Shown: positions 48,173 through 58,789 of the stretch, piece by piece
Layout: every line of letters starts with the position of its first letter
Position numbering within the stretch: the first letter of the stretch is position 1
NCBI GenBank assembly: GCA_040399515.1
Contig: JBBASA010000002.1
Coordinates: 23,948-87,947, forward strand
From: Cyanobium sp.
GTDB taxonomy: Bacteria > Cyanobacteriota > Cyanobacteriia > PCC-6307 > Cyanobiaceae
Reading direction: 5' to 3'
Length of the DNA: 64,000 nt
Made by a program: the position numbers and the translations under genes
The notes under the pieces: model-generated
The model's input: only the letters and a program-made list of their open reading frames with translations
The model's database searches: none
Told to the model about the DNA's origin: nothing

Positions 48173-49126
48173 CTAGGCAGAGCCAGGGGTGGGGAGGTGG
48201 AGGAGAACCGCCATCGCCCCCATGGTGACCTGGGAGGCCTGGGGAGTGCGAGCCAGCAACAGCAGGAGACAAATCCCAAAGAGGTAGAAGATCGACCACC
48301 GGAAAAGGTTGCGAGCGCAGACCGGGTCTGCTGGCTCTTGGCGCAAACGGTCGGTGAGCTGCAAAAGACGAGCGTTGAAGGGCAAGACCAAGAGCCCGTA
48401 AAGCCAGCCACCACTGGGAAGGGCCACAATCCCCAGCAGGCTGAGGAGTGCGGTCAGCGCGCTGTAGCGGGCAATGGCATTAGCGGTGGGAACGACCCCA
48501 TGCACCACAGGCAACATAGGGATCCCGGCAGCCCGGTAGTCCTCCCGCAAGAGAAGGGAAAGGGCCCAGAAGTGAGCAGGGGTCCAGACCAAAACCAGGG
48601 AAAAGAGCCACCAGCAAGGCCAGCCGCCAAGGGAGCCAGCAGCGGCAGCACCCACAAGGGGTGGAATGGCCCCAGCAACGCCTCCGATCACGATGTTGAG
48701 GGAGGTTCGCGGTTTCAGTAGGGCGGTGTAAAGCAGGACGTAGCTGCAAAGGCCCAGCAGAGCAAGAGCTGCGGCCAGGGGATTCACGCCCCACACCAGA
48801 ACCAGGACGGCTCCGAGGGTCAGGGCGATAGCCAAGGCAAAGGCCTGTCGTTGGGCCAGACGCCCCGAAGGGATCGCCCGTTTGCTGGTGCGGAGCATGC
48901 GGCGATCGAGCTCCTCCTCCCAAAGGCAATTGAGAACCCCTGCCCCAGCAGAGGCCATGGCTCCACCCACCAGGGTGCAGGTGAGGCGAAGGGGATCGAG
49001 GGGCCAACCCGCGGAAACGGCCATCCCTCCCAAGGTGGTCGCCAACAAAAGGGGGATCAAACGGGGCTTGGCCACTTCCAGCCAAGCGGGCAAGCGGGAG
49101 GAGCGGGGGATGGTGGTACTAACCAC
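48173..49126 (-). CDS. ctaB: protoheme IX farnesyltransferase (heme O synthase)
   Basis: UbiA-superfamily membrane protein with [18 protein letters not shown] and [17 protein letters not shown]. It is adjacent to ctaA and the ctaCDE genes. Confidence 0.88.
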   Translation of the reverse strand: MVSTTIPRSSRLPAWLEVAKPRLIPLLLATTLGGMAVSAGWPLDPLRLTCTLVGGAMASAGAGVLNCLWEEELDRRMLRTSKRAIPSGRLAQRQAFALAIALTLGAVLVLVWGVNPLAAALALLGLCSYVLLYTALLKPRTSLNIVIGGVAGAIPPLVGAAAAGSLGGWPCWWLFSLVLVWTPAHFWALSLLLREDYRAAGIPMLPVVHGVVPTANAIARYSALTALLSLLGIVALPSGGWLYGLLVLPFNARLLQLTDRLRQEPADPVCARNLFRWSIFYLFGICLLLLLARTPQASQVTMGAMAVLLHLPTPGSA

Positions 49127-50012
49127 AACTCACCTCCATGGACGAGGAATCAGGACGCCAGGCGCGAAGGGTGCGGCCACAAAGGGCCCCGAGATGAGCC
49201 ATGAGAAGAGCAGCGACCAATTGGTGGGCAATGGTCAGGGAAGGAAGATGCAATTGAGCCCGCAGGGTGAGAACTCCCAAGGTGACTTGAAAGGCGACGA
49301 GGGCGGTAGCAGAAAGAGCGAGGGCCCGGATCGGGACATCAGCGCGGATCAGAAGGACTGCGCTGACGGCGAGAGTGATGACGGAAAGGCTGGCAGCCCC
49401 CGCCAGTTGGCGGTGCCGCAGAACCCATTCACACAGTTCACCAGACGAAAAACATTGATCCACAGCCCACTGGCTGGCCATGGAGGCCCCAATGACGCAT
49501 TGGGTGAACACCAGAGCTGTACTGATCACGGGCAAGGGAAGCCACCAGGTAGGAAGGGGGGCTGAAGGCTCCTCACCAGCGAGGCCCTGATCCAGGCCGC
49601 TGATGACAAGGACAAGGAGAAGAGCCGTGGCCAGGTGGGCTGTGACCGTGGAGGAGTCGAGAAGCCCTGTAACCGTAAGGGCGCCAAGAATTCCCTGGAG
49701 AACCACCAATCCAACGGCAAGGCCTGAAACCCAAGGAAGCCAAGAAGGAAGTTTGCGCCGTCCCCAAAGGCTCAGGGCCAACAAGGAAAGCAAGGCAAGC
49801 CCCACAAGGAATGCATCTAATCGATGGAACCACTCCAAAAAGACCTGCATATTCATCTGCCTTCCGGGCAGGAACGCGCCATAACAGAGAGGCCAGTCCG
49901 GGCATGCGAGGCCAGCCTCCATGACTCGGGTGGCTCCCCCGATCACCACAAGGGCCACGAGGGCGATCACCAGGTGGGTAGTGAGCATCCGCAGGGCGGG
50001 CCGCAAAGACAA
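49119..50012 (-). CDS. ctaA: heme A synthase (COX15/CtaA)
   Basis: [21 protein letters not shown] plus multiple His-containing transmembrane segments. It overlaps ctaB by 8 nt. Confidence 0.85.
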   Translation of the reverse strand: MSLRPALRMLTTHLVIALVALVVIGGATRVMEAGLACPDWPLCYGAFLPGRQMNMQVFLEWFHRLDAFLVGLALLSLLALSLWGRRKLPSWLPWVSGLAVGLVVLQGILGALTVTGLLDSSTVTAHLATALLLVLVISGLDQGLAGEEPSAPLPTWWLPLPVISTALVFTQCVIGASMASQWAVDQCFSSGELCEWVLRHRQLAGAASLSVITLAVSAVLLIRADVPIRALALSATALVAFQVTLGVLTLRAQLHLPSLTIAHQLVAALLMAHLGALCGRTLRAWRPDSSSMEVSCG

Positions 50013-50243
50013 GCGAATGAATGTCGTTGGGCAAAATGCTAACGGGATTTTTCAGATCAGGGATTCCAAACATCCCTGGAAGGTTTGTAACAATTGGCGC
50101 CAAATGCCACTGCTGCTACAAAAGGACTCACGTCACCAGAGCACTTTTCATAGGATGTTTTGGGGTTTACCCACCCCGCCCTGCGCTTCCTCCCTATCTT
50201 GGATTGCGCACCAAACGGACTCTGTCCCTTCCTCTAGAAGGTC

Positions 50244-51140
50244 ATGGCAATTCCCACCTCTCTGATCACCTTCCTGGTGGGCATGGTTCTCGTGCTCGCT
50301 GGCCTCTGGCTTGGCCAGAATGTTTCCCTTTTGCCGCCAGCAGCCAGCTTGAATGCTCCGGTCTACGACGAACTTTTTAAGGTTCTCTTCATCATCGGGG
50401 CCATCCTCTTTCTTGGCATCGTTGGTCTTCTCCTCTTCAGCCTGGTTCGTTTCCGCAGGAAGCCGGGAGACAACAGTGATGGTGAAGCAATTGAAGGCAA
50501 TCTCCCTCTGGAAATTGTGTGGACGGCCATTCCAGCCATCGTAGTATTGTTTATAGGAATCTACAGTTACGACATTTATGAACGCATGGGAGGGATGACC
50601 CCTCTCAATGATCACAGCGCCATGGCACATGCTCAGCCCATGGGAGAGATGTCGAGCTTGCAACCCGCGTCCATTTCGCCTGCCAACGATCCAAAAAATT
50701 CAGCACCGCAGGTTTGGGGAGGAATTGGACCAGCTTCGGGAGAGAATGCACTCATTGTTGATCTAACTGCACTGCAATTTGCTTTCATTTTTCATTATCC
50801 CGAAGCCAACATCACTAGTGGCGAGCTCCATATCCCCGCCAACCAACCTGTAGAACTACGAATGAAAGCCAATGATGTCATCCACGCCTTCTGGGTTCCC
50901 CAATTCCGACTGAAGCAGGATGTGATTCCAGGTCAGCAGACCATCCTCACCTTCACTGCCACCAAACCTGGAACTTACCCCGTGGTTTGCGCCGAGCTCT
51001 GCGGCCCATATCACGGAGGGATGCGTTCATCTGTCGTTGTTCATGAGCCGGGTGATTATGCCCAGTGGCTTGAGAAGAACAGCCCGATCACCCCACCATC
51101 TGCAGCCGTGGCCCAACTCGATCCCCAACCCATTGCCTGA
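50244..51140 (+). CDS. ctaC: cytochrome c oxidase subunit II
   Basis: DVIHAFWVPQFRLKQDVIPG and the CuA site CAELCGPYHGGM. Confidence 0.93.
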   Translation: MAIPTSLITFLVGMVLVLAGLWLGQNVSLLPPAASLNAPVYDELFKVLFIIGAILFLGIVGLLLFSLVRFRRKPGDNSDGEAIEGNLPLEIVWTAIPAIVVLFIGIYSYDIYERMGGMTPLNDHSAMAHAQPMGEMSSLQPASISPANDPKNSAPQVWGGIGPASGENALIVDLTALQFAFIFHYPEANITSGELHIPANQPVELRMKANDVIHAFWVPQFRLKQDVIPGQQTILTFTATKPGTYPVVCAELCGPYHGGMRSSVVVHEPGDYAQWLEKNSPITPPSAAVAQLDPQPIA

Positions 51141-51142
51141 CC

Positions 51143-52819
51143 ATGACTGTTGCCACACCCCAAGATCTGAACCTTCAACCCCAACCCGGAGAAAGCCTAC
51201 AACCCAAAGGATGGCTGAAGTATTTCAGCTTTAGCTTGGATCACAAAGTGATAGGGATTCAATATATCGTTACAAGCTTCCTCTTCTATTTAATTGGTGG
51301 GGCATTGGCGGGCGTTATCCGCACGGAGCTCATCAGCCCCATGTCTGATTTTGTGAGCCGAGAAACCTACAACGAGGTGCTCACGCTTCATGGCACGATT
51401 ATGATCTTTTTGTGGATCGTGCCAGTCGTGAATGGAGGGTTTGGTAATTATCTGATTCCGTTTTATGTGGGCGCTCGAGACATGGCGTTCCCCAGGCTCA
51501 ATGCAGTTGCTTTTTGGTTGATTCCACCGGCGGGCCTTCTGCTGATTGCCAGTCATTTCATCACCGGCTCCGCTCAAGCCGGTTGGACCGCTTATCCGCC
51601 TTTGAGCATTACTACCCCGGCAAAGGCTCAGGTGGTCTGGATCATCAGCGTTTTGCTACTGGGGGGAAGTTCAATCTTTGGGGCCATTAATTTTATCGCC
51701 ACCATCTTGAAGTTACGGCGGCCTGGGCTGAAGATGATGCAACTTCCCATGTATTGCTGGGCCATGTTGGGTACCAGCATTCTTGCTGTTTTATCCACCC
51801 CTGTTCTCGCGGGCACACTTCTGCTGCTCAGCTTCGATATTGTGGCCCACACGGGTTTCTTCAATCCAAGCCTGGGGGGCAACGTGGTGGTATATCAGCA
51901 CTTGTTTTGGTTCTACTCCCATCCAGCTGTTTACATCATGGTGCTCCCTGCCTTCGGGTTAGTGAGCGAAATTCTTCCTATCCATGCAAGAAAGCCCCTG
52001 TTTGGCTACAGCACGATGGTGTATTCGATCATGGCGATTGTTTTTCTTGGCCTGATCGTATGGGCCCACCACATGTTCACTAGTGGCACCCCGCCCTGGA
52101 TGCGATTGTTTTTCACCATCGCCACAGCCTTCATCGCCGTTCCAACGGGAATCAAATTCTTTAACTGGCTTGCCACATTGTGGGGGGGGAAGATTGCACT
52201 GAATAGCGCTATGCTTTTCTCCTGCGCATTTATTGTTAACTTTGTTTTTGGAGGCATCACTGGAGTTGCGCTTGCACAGGTTCCTTTTGATATCCACGTT
52301 CATGACACCTACTTCGTTGTTGGCCATTTTCACTACATTGTTTATGGTGGCTCCGTTTTCGTCATCTTCAGCTCCATCTATCACTGGTATCCCAAATTCA
52401 CAGGCAGAATGCTCAATGAGCCCCTTGGAAAGCTGCATTTCGCCCTGACCTTCATTGGGTTCAACCTCTGCTTCGCCCCCCATCATTGGCTTGGCCTCAA
52501 CGGCATGCCCAGGAGAGTGGCTGAATACGATCCCACATTCACCACTCTCAACCAGCTGAGCAGCGTCGGAGCTCTTCTGATGGCAGTCAGCACCTTGCCG
52601 TTCCTGTTCAACGTGATCTGGAGCCTTCGGGCAGGCCCAAAGGCAGGGGATAACCCCTGGAATGCCCTCACCCCGGAATGGCTCACCAGCTCTCCTCCCC
52701 CGGTTGAAAACTGGATTGGAGAAGCTCCGCTGGTGGAACACCCCTACGGCTACGGCCATGCCCCTGGCGCCCTGACCTTGGAGCAAGCCACAGGCAAGGA
52801 CCTCTGGACCGGGAACTGA
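51143..52819 (+). CDS. ctaD: cytochrome c oxidase subunit I
   Basis: WFYSHPAVYIMVLPAFG, WAHHMF, VGHFHYIV. Confidence 0.95.
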   Translation: MTVATPQDLNLQPQPGESLQPKGWLKYFSFSLDHKVIGIQYIVTSFLFYLIGGALAGVIRTELISPMSDFVSRETYNEVLTLHGTIMIFLWIVPVVNGGFGNYLIPFYVGARDMAFPRLNAVAFWLIPPAGLLLIASHFITGSAQAGWTAYPPLSITTPAKAQVVWIISVLLLGGSSIFGAINFIATILKLRRPGLKMMQLPMYCWAMLGTSILAVLSTPVLAGTLLLLSFDIVAHTGFFNPSLGGNVVVYQHLFWFYSHPAVYIMVLPAFGLVSEILPIHARKPLFGYSTMVYSIMAIVFLGLIVWAHHMFTSGTPPWMRLFFTIATAFIAVPTGIKFFNWLATLWGGKIALNSAMLFSCAFIVNFVFGGITGVALAQVPFDIHVHDTYFVVGHFHYIVYGGSVFVIFSSIYHWYPKFTGRMLNEPLGKLHFALTFIGFNLCFAPHHWLGLNGMPRRVAEYDPTFTTLNQLSSVGALLMAVSTLPFLFNVIWSLRAGPKAGDNPWNALTPEWLTSSPPPVENWIGEAPLVEHPYGYGHAPGALTLEQATGKDLWTGN

Positions 52820-52849
52820 TCCCCCTTCCTTATCACCGCCCCCTTTCCC

Positions 52850-53473
52850 ATGGACCGTCTGGCCACTGCTGCACCCAGCGAACCTTCTGCCCATCTACAG
52901 GCGGAGGTGCTTGCCCACGCTTCCACCGAAGGGCATGCCGATTTCAGGCTCTTTGGGTTGGCCACCTTCCTGGTGGCCGACGGCATGACCTTCGCCGGAT
53001 TCTTCGCGGCCTATCTGACCTTCCGGGCTGTGAACCCCCTACCCAGTGGGTCCAACTACGAACTGGAGCTGGTCCTTCCCACGATCAACACCGCCCTGTT
53101 GATCATCAGCAGCTTCACCTTCCACAGGGCCGGTAGAGCCCTCCTATCAGGTCAACCCAAACCCTGCCGTCTCTGGCTGCTCCTGACCGCAGGATTGGGA
53201 ATCGCCTTCCTTATCGGCCAGATGGTGGAGTATTTCCATCTCCCCTTTGGTTTGAGGGACCATCTCTTCGCAAGCACGTTCTACGCCCTAACCGGGTTCC
53301 ATGGTCTCCATGTGACCCTCGGAGTGATCTGCATCCTTGTGGTTCTCCTCCAGGTGGGTGAGCAGGGGCAGGTCTCCCCCTCAAAGCCATTCGGCCTCGA
53401 AGCAGCAGAACTTTACTGGCACTTTGTGGATGGGATCTGGGTGGTGCTCTACGGACTCCTGTATCTCCTCTGA
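52850..53473 (+). CDS. ctaE: cytochrome c oxidase subunit III
   Basis: FYALTGFHGLHVTLG, ELYWHFVDGIWV. Confidence 0.92.
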   Translation: MDRLATAAPSEPSAHLQAEVLAHASTEGHADFRLFGLATFLVADGMTFAGFFAAYLTFRAVNPLPSGSNYELELVLPTINTALLIISSFTFHRAGRALLSGQPKPCRLWLLLTAGLGIAFLIGQMVEYFHLPFGLRDHLFASTFYALTGFHGLHVTLGVICILVVLLQVGEQGQVSPSKPFGLEAAELYWHFVDGIWVVLYGLLYLL

Positions 53474-53552
53474 TCACAACTTTTAGGTTTCGATTGGATG
53501 ATTTCCTTGCGAAAAGCAGGCCCTACGGGCAAAATCAAGATATAAGTGCTCA

Positions 53553-54050
53553 TTGACACGGATGGCTGCGAACAAAGGCTCAGCCAGCCCTGCTGGTTCG
53601 GCCAGTCCTACTTCATCAACCTCCCGCATCGCCAACAAGGCGGACAGGTTGCCCCACGGGCCATCTGAGAGCAATGGGCTGCCTACGTCGGCCCCTTTGG
53701 AGGGCAAGGACTTGCTGGACAAGGCCCGTTCGCTGAGCAACCGTCCGGAAGACCAGATCGCCCGTGCCTGCGGATATGTGGGTCCCAGTGGCAGGGTGCT
53801 CAAAAAGAGTTTCTACCGAGCCCTTGTTGCAGCAAAGGGTTACACCCTTCCCTCAAGCAGCATGGCCACCAACCTCAGCCGAGGGCGCCATGCCGACTTC
53901 CGAACCAGGGTCCATGGCAATGGGAACCTCCTGATTGGACAGGCTTACACCAGGCGGATGGGATTGGAACCAGGCCAGGAGTTCCGCATTGAGCTGCATC
54001 GGGAAACTGGTTCGATCTGGCTTTTGCCCCTTGATGCAACAAAAAGATAA
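53553..54050 (+). CDS. cyanobacterial AbrB-type transcriptional regulator (cyAbrB, C-terminal AbrB/SpoVT domain)
   Basis: The N-terminal region carries DLLDKARSLS...IARACGYVGPSGRVLKKSFYRALVAAKG. The C-terminal NGNLLIGQAYTRRMGLEPGQEFRIELHRETGSIWLLP is a swapped-hairpin AbrB-like motif. Confidence 0.7.
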   Translation: MTRMAANKGSASPAGSASPTSSTSRIANKADRLPHGPSESNGLPTSAPLEGKDLLDKARSLSNRPEDQIARACGYVGPSGRVLKKSFYRALVAAKGYTLPSSSMATNLSRGRHADFRTRVHGNGNLLIGQAYTRRMGLEPGQEFRIELHRETGSIWLLPLDATKR

Positions 54051-54061
54051 GCCCCCCCTGG

Positions 54062-54733
54062 TCACCAGCCTTGATCGACCAGCCACTGGCTGGTGAGGAT
54101 TGCACGAGCTGGCTGGACCTTTAGGCCACCCCCCTGGGTCTGATCCGCCAGCAAACGCTCCAGATAACGGGCCACCAGATCTGCCTCCAGGTTGACCGCA
54201 TCCCCCACGCGCCGCTTCTTCAAAGTGGTGTTCTGCCAGGTGTGGGGGATCACCGCCAACCAAAAGTGCTCACCCCCATCTTCACAGCCGGCCACCGTGA
54301 GACTGATCCCATCCACAGTGATGCTGGCCTTTTCGCAGATGTATCGCCCGTAGCGGGGATCTTGCCAGGCCACGGAGAGGCGCCAGGAGGCCGGCAAGGG
54401 CTCAATGCCCAGGACGGTTCCCAGTCCATCAACATGGCCACTAACCAGGTGGCCGCCAAGACGATCAGCGAGGCGGAGCGCAGGCTCCACGTTCACCAGA
54501 GCCCGCGCCTGGGCCCGCCTGCCGAGGGTGGTGCGGGAGAGGGTCTCTTCGCTGGCATCCGCCCGAAATCCCTCGCCAGAGCCAGCCAGTTCCGCCACCG
54601 TGAGACAGACCCCATCAACAGCGATGCTGTCTCCAAGGGCCATCGGCCCCAACTCTCCAAAAGCCCCCCGCACCCACACTCCCTGGGAACAGGGTTCAAG
54701 ACGGCCGATGGCCTGAACCAATCCGGTAAACAT
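54062..54733 (-). CDS. ribE: riboflavin synthase (alpha chain)
   Basis: MFTGLVQAIGRLE, and two repeats with SIAVDGVCLTV and SITVDGISLTV. Confidence 0.92.
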   Translation of the reverse strand: MFTGLVQAIGRLEPCSQGVWVRGAFGELGPMALGDSIAVDGVCLTVAELAGSGEGFRADASEETLSRTTLGRRAQARALVNVEPALRLADRLGGHLVSGHVDGLGTVLGIEPLPASWRLSVAWQDPRYGRYICEKASITVDGISLTVAGCEDGGEHFWLAVIPHTWQNTTLKKRRVGDAVNLEADLVARYLERLLADQTQGGGLKVQPARAILTSQWLVDQGW

Positions 54734-54822
54734 GCCGTGGGCGAAGGGGGGCTGCTAGCTCGTCATAATCAAACAACGGCCAGGGCTGTTGCACAGCAGA
54801 CACACCCAGGAGCAAAAACACC

Positions 54823-55431
54823 ATGGTGGAAATGCAGGTCGCCGGCATCGCCCTTGATGCCGCAAGCCGCAGCCCGATTGTCCTTCTTCGAGACCCTTCG
54901 GGTCGCCGCCAGGTACCCATCTGGATTGATCAGGCCCAAGCTCAGAACATTCTTGCTGGGATCAACCGGGAGCGCCCCCCCCGGCCTCTCAGCCACGATC
55001 TGATGGCCCAGATCCTCACCCTGGCAGGGCTGGAGCTGGAGCGAGTTGTTGTTCATGCCATTGAGGACAACACCTTCAGGGCCGTTCTCAAACTGATCAA
55101 CGAGGCGGGGGAGAGCACGGAACTGGACGCCCGGCCCAGCGATGCGATAGCCCTGGCCCTGCGCACCGACAGCAGCATCTGGATGCTGGAAGAGGTGGTT
55201 GCGGATGCCTCGATCCCGGTGGATGCGGAAGCCGATGCGGAAGATCAGGAGGATTTCCGCCGCTTTCTCGACCGGACCAGCCCGGCGGAATTGATCCGCC
55301 ATCTTCACAAAGCCGCTCCCGAGGGCTCCCTCCAGGATGGGGAGGAAGGGGAGGGAACAGCGGACGATTCCCACGGTACGGGCTCGGAAGAGGGCCCGGG
55401 CGCACCGGATGATGGCGACTCCTCCTCCTGA
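54823..55431 (+). CDS. bifunctional nuclease family protein (DUF151)
   Basis: MVEMQVAGIALDAASRSPIVLLRDPSGRRQVPIWIDQAQA...RPLSHDLM...DARPSDAIALALR. Confidence 0.8.
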   Translation: MVEMQVAGIALDAASRSPIVLLRDPSGRRQVPIWIDQAQAQNILAGINRERPPRPLSHDLMAQILTLAGLELERVVVHAIEDNTFRAVLKLINEAGESTELDARPSDAIALALRTDSSIWMLEEVVADASIPVDAEADAEDQEDFRRFLDRTSPAELIRHLHKAAPEGSLQDGEEGEGTADDSHGTGSEEGPGAPDDGDSSS

Positions 55432-56587
55432 CGGGCAGGGCATAGACCCCTCCAAAGCAATCCGTCGCCCCTTCGGAACTGGGCGGCCTGTTTCCCTGTT
55501 CACCCTGGGCACCATGCGGGCCCTCGAGAGCCCTGCAGCCATGGAGGCTGTATTGGCCAAGGCCGTGGCCATCGGCATCAATCACCTTGAAACGGCTCCC
55601 GCCTACGGACCAGCGGAGACCTATCTCGGAGCCGCCCTGGCCTCCCTCTTCAGGGACCAATCGGAACAGCGGGCCGATCTGGTGATCACCAGCAAGCTGC
55701 TGCCCACCTTCGAAGTCGCTGAGGCCTGGAACCACCTGCAAGGAAGTCTTCAGCGGCTGGGCATCGGCAGGCTGGATAACCTGGCCCTCCATGGCCTGAA
55801 CACGGAAGAGCACCTTCATTGGGCCTTGGATGGACCAGGAGCTGACCTCTGTGCCCGTGCCCTTGGAGAAGGCCTCGTGGAGCAGGTGGGCTTCAGCAGC
55901 CATGGCTCCAACAGCCTCATTGCCAGGGCGTTGGAGAGCGGCCTGTTCCGGTTCTGCAGCCTGCACCTCCATCTCTTTGATCCCTCCCGCCTGCCCCTCG
56001 CCCAGCAAGCCCTGGAGGCGGGGCTGGGGGTGATGGCCATTTCCCCTGCAGACAAGGGGGGGCGGCTTCAGGATCCCCCTCCCCAACTCGTGGAGGACTG
56101 TGCCCCCTGGCCCCCGCTTGCGTTGGCCTACCGGTTTCTCCTCGCCCAGGGGGTCAGCACCCTCACCGTGGGCGCCGCCGTTCCTTCTGACCTGGAACTG
56201 GCCGCCGCCCTGGCCTGCGCCCACCAGCCCCTCAGCCAGGAGGAACAACAGGCTGTGCAACGCCTCGAAACCAAGCGCAAGGAGCGCCTGGGCGAGGAGT
56301 GGTGTGGCCAATGTCAGGCCTGCCTCCCCTGCCCCCAGGAGGTGCCCATACCCTCCCTGCTGCGGCTGCGACAGCTGGCCATCGGCCATGGCATGGAGGC
56401 CTTTGCCCGGGAGCGCTACAGCCTCATCGGACAGGCAGGCCATTGGTGGGAGCAGGTGGATGCACGGGCCTGTGAGCGCTGTGGCGCCTGCCTGCCCCGC
56501 TGTCCTCATCACTTACCCATCCCTGCGCTGCTGGCGGATGGCCACCGCCGGCTGGCGGCACCCCCTCGCCGGCGGCTCTGGGGCTAG
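55409..56587 (+). CDS. aldo/keto reductase with a C-terminal Cys-rich (Fe-S-like) domain
   Basis: The AKR-like region carries GTMRAL...GINHLETAPAYG. The C-terminus carries CGQCQACLPCPQEVPI and CERCGACLPRCPHHLPI. I chose ATG 55409. Confidence 0.7.
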   Translation: MMATPPPDGQGIDPSKAIRRPFGTGRPVSLFTLGTMRALESPAAMEAVLAKAVAIGINHLETAPAYGPAETYLGAALASLFRDQSEQRADLVITSKLLPTFEVAEAWNHLQGSLQRLGIGRLDNLALHGLNTEEHLHWALDGPGADLCARALGEGLVEQVGFSSHGSNSLIARALESGLFRFCSLHLHLFDPSRLPLAQQALEAGLGVMAISPADKGGRLQDPPPQLVEDCAPWPPLALAYRFLLAQGVSTLTVGAAVPSDLELAAALACAHQPLSQEEQQAVQRLETKRKERLGEEWCGQCQACLPCPQEVPIPSLLRLRQLAIGHGMEAFARERYSLIGQAGHWWEQVDARACERCGACLPRCPHHLPIPALLADGHRRLAAPPRRRLWG

Positions 56588-57606
56588 GCCCGTTGGCAGG
56601 GAAGGGTGCCGTTCCAGAGCTCCTGAAGCCGGTTCCGCTCCTGGGGCTCCAAGGGGGGGAGATCCTGGCAGCGCTCCAGGACGACAGCGGGAGGGAGCAG
56701 CAGCTGTGCCACGGCGGGGGGAAAGCCCTTCAGGGCCGCAGCCAGCGCTGGGATGGGAAGGGGCGGCACCCACCCGGCAGCCAGGAGCCTGGAGAGCAGG
56801 GGCGGTTGCAGAATCGCCTCCAGCCACTCTGCGGGGGGACTCTCCTCCCCTCCTGCTGGCCGCAGCAGCATGGACCAGGCCTGGGGTGAGCCCTGGTCCG
56901 GCAGCAACACGGCCAGTCGGGGGTCGCGGCGGAGCAGGGGGACCGCCTGCTGCCTGGGAAGGACGGCCGCCTGGGCGGGCCCACTGAGCAAGAGATGGAG
57001 CCCATGGCGATCGTCATGGGCAAGGGCCTGCCGCCGTAGCTGGCACAAGCGTTGCGGATCTTCCTGCACCAACGCCATCACGACCCGCGGGCTGGAAGGC
57101 AGCACCACCTTGCCCGCAAGACTGGGATCCAAGAGGAGGTCCCAACCGCGAGGGGCCTGCTTCGCCAGATCCGATCTGTCTCGCAAGACCAGAACCCAGG
57201 GGTTGCAGCTCCAGGGGAAGGCCACCGGTGCCTCTCCCCCCGCACGGAAGAGACGGCTGGGGGCAGCGGCCCTGGCATCGAGACGGCTGAGGAGGGGGGC
57301 ATGGCCAAAGGGGGCCCAGGTGTCCCTTGGCAAATCGCTGGCCCAGCCATCCCCGAGTTGAACCAGGGCGGGACGTTCAGCCAGGGGGGCTTGGCTCGCC
57401 TCCTTCACCTGGGCAGGACCCTCAAGCCAGCGCACCCCCCACTCCCTTGGCAGCTGACGCAACCAGCGCTCGGGCAGATCTCCCCTACGAGCCGCCAGCC
57501 CCGGCCCCCGCCGAGCGCACCCCAGCAACCCGCCTTCCAGCAGAGCCAGGGATCCGAAGACCCCCATCCCCAGCAGGGATCGCCGTGTCAGTTGCCCCTC
57601 AGCCAT
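56584..57606 (-). CDS. hypothetical exported protein, periplasmic-binding-protein-like (tentative)
   Basis: The start is ATG 57606 (MAEGQLTRRSLLGMGVFGSLALL, Tat/signal-like), 8 nt inside the upstream CobT-like gene. The rest has no motif I can name with certainty. Confidence 0.45.
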   Translation of the reverse strand: MAEGQLTRRSLLGMGVFGSLALLEGGLLGCARRGPGLAARRGDLPERWLRQLPREWGVRWLEGPAQVKEASQAPLAERPALVQLGDGWASDLPRDTWAPFGHAPLLSRLDARAAAPSRLFRAGGEAPVAFPWSCNPWVLVLRDRSDLAKQAPRGWDLLLDPSLAGKVVLPSSPRVVMALVQEDPQRLCQLRRQALAHDDRHGLHLLLSGPAQAAVLPRQQAVPLLRRDPRLAVLLPDQGSPQAWSMLLRPAGGEESPPAEWLEAILQPPLLSRLLAAGWVPPLPIPALAAALKGFPPAVAQLLLPPAVVLERCQDLPPLEPQERNRLQELWNGTLPCQRA

Positions 57607-58789
57607 GGGTGGACCGTAGACGCTGGCCGGACAGCGCAGGAGGAGCCGGAATGAGCTGGTGGCAAGCCGCACTGCAGGTGGTGGCCAGATCCTCGGGATC
57701 TCGACCGCCCATTTCCCAGAGCAAGGCCAGCCCCCCAGCCCCAACACCTTCCTTGACAAACCCCTCTTCATAGTCGGCCAAGGCCGGATGGCATGAGGGG
57801 GAAAACCGCAAGGAACTAGCGAAAGCAAGGGGCTGCACCTCCCACCGCTCTGCCAGCTGGTGCAGCAAACGCGTCAGATCGCTGCTGGGTTCCTCGGCCA
57901 CCCAACGGGTGGTGGCCAGGGCCGTTGCAGCCATGAGCCGGGGCCGCTGGCAGGGGGAGGCCAGCGCCAGCGCCAGCGCCAGAACGGCAACCATCTGACT
58001 GCCGCCGGCGAGCATCACGGGCACATCGGCGAGTGCGGCCTCCAGGAGCAGGGCGGCCGCCAGGGGCTGCATGGGATCCCCGAGGGCTGCAGCCACGGCC
58101 AGGGGATCGTTCCAGGCGTTACCCCTTAATCCCAGCTCTGCCCTCAGAGCCCCTTGCTCCACCAGAGCCCGCTTCAACCCATGGGCAGGGCGCCTGAGGC
58201 TGCCGCTGACCAGGCCCTGGGCCTCCACACCCAGGCCACACAGCACGGCCTGGGCCGTGGTGGTTCCCCCGGGAACGCACTCAGCCAACAGGAGGGGGGC
58301 CTGGGGGACACGGTTCGCCAGGCATCTCCCCCAACGTTTCCCCTGCTCCAGAAGGGCATCCACCCGCGCCGGGGCCATCGCCGCCCCCGTGCTCAGGCAC
58401 CGGGCGGGTCCTACTCCAGCGGGCGGCGGCAGGCGCAGGTGGGGAATGGCCGGCGCCACGGCACAGCCCAGATCCACCACAAGGGGACGGAGGGCCAGGG
58501 CTTCCACCACCACATGGCTAATCAAGGCAGGGGAGACCCCAGCGGGGAGGGGCGGCAGGGCGTGGGGCCGGAGCCCCCGGGGACCCTGCAATAGCAATTC
58601 CGCATCCGCAGCGGCCGTGGCTCGGCGCGACTCTGGGGTCGCTCCCGCGGCGGAGATTCCTGGCACGGAGGCGGTTTCGGTGGCAGCCAACAGCAAGAGC
58701 ACCTGGGGGGCAGGCCCCTCAGGAAGCCAGCCGCCCAGCCAACGCTCCCCCATCCCGGGAGACCCGCACAGCAGCCTTGGCCGGATCAA
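57599..58789 (-). CDS. CobT-like phosphoribosyltransferase-fold protein (UPF0284-type as I recall)
   Basis: LLLAATETASVPGISAAGATPESRRATAAADAELLL and CVPGGTTTAQAV follow the CobT/UPF0284 pattern. Confidence 0.65.
   Translation of the reverse strand: MIRPRLLCGSPGMGERWLGGWLPEGPAPQVLLLLAATETASVPGISAAGATPESRRATAAADAELLLQGPRGLRPHALPPLPAGVSPALISHVVVEALALRPLVVDLGCAVAPAIPHLRLPPPAGVGPARCLSTGAAMAPARVDALLEQGKRWGRCLANRVPQAPLLLAECVPGGTTTAQAVLCGLGVEAQGLVSGSLRRPAHGLKRALVEQGALRAELGLRGNAWNDPLAVAAALGDPMQPLAAALLLEAALADVPVMLAGGSQMVAVLALALALASPCQRPRLMAATALATTRWVAEEPSSDLTRLLHQLAERWEVQPLAFASSLRFSPSCHPALADYEEGFVKEGVGAGGLALLWEMGGRDPEDLATTCSAACHQLIPAPPALSGQRLRSTHG

Noticed and set aside
50058-50078. 7-bp stem hairpin (CAGGGAT-tccaaac-ATCCCTG) in the ctaA/ctaC divergent region
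   Set aside because: It is short, and I have no known operator consensus to tie it to. It is noted only.
51959-52894. 311-aa minus-strand ORF
   Set aside because: It is antisense to ctaD.
55097-56512. 471-aa minus-strand ORF
   Set aside because: It is antisense to the aldo/keto reductase gene and part of the DUF151 gene. It is Gly/Pro/Arg-rich with no motifs, so it is a shadow ORF.
57961-57982. (CCAGCG)n hexanucleotide repeat
   Set aside because: It lies in frame inside the CobT-like gene and encodes an LALALALA hydrophobic stretch. Three to four units give no evidence of a regulatory role.
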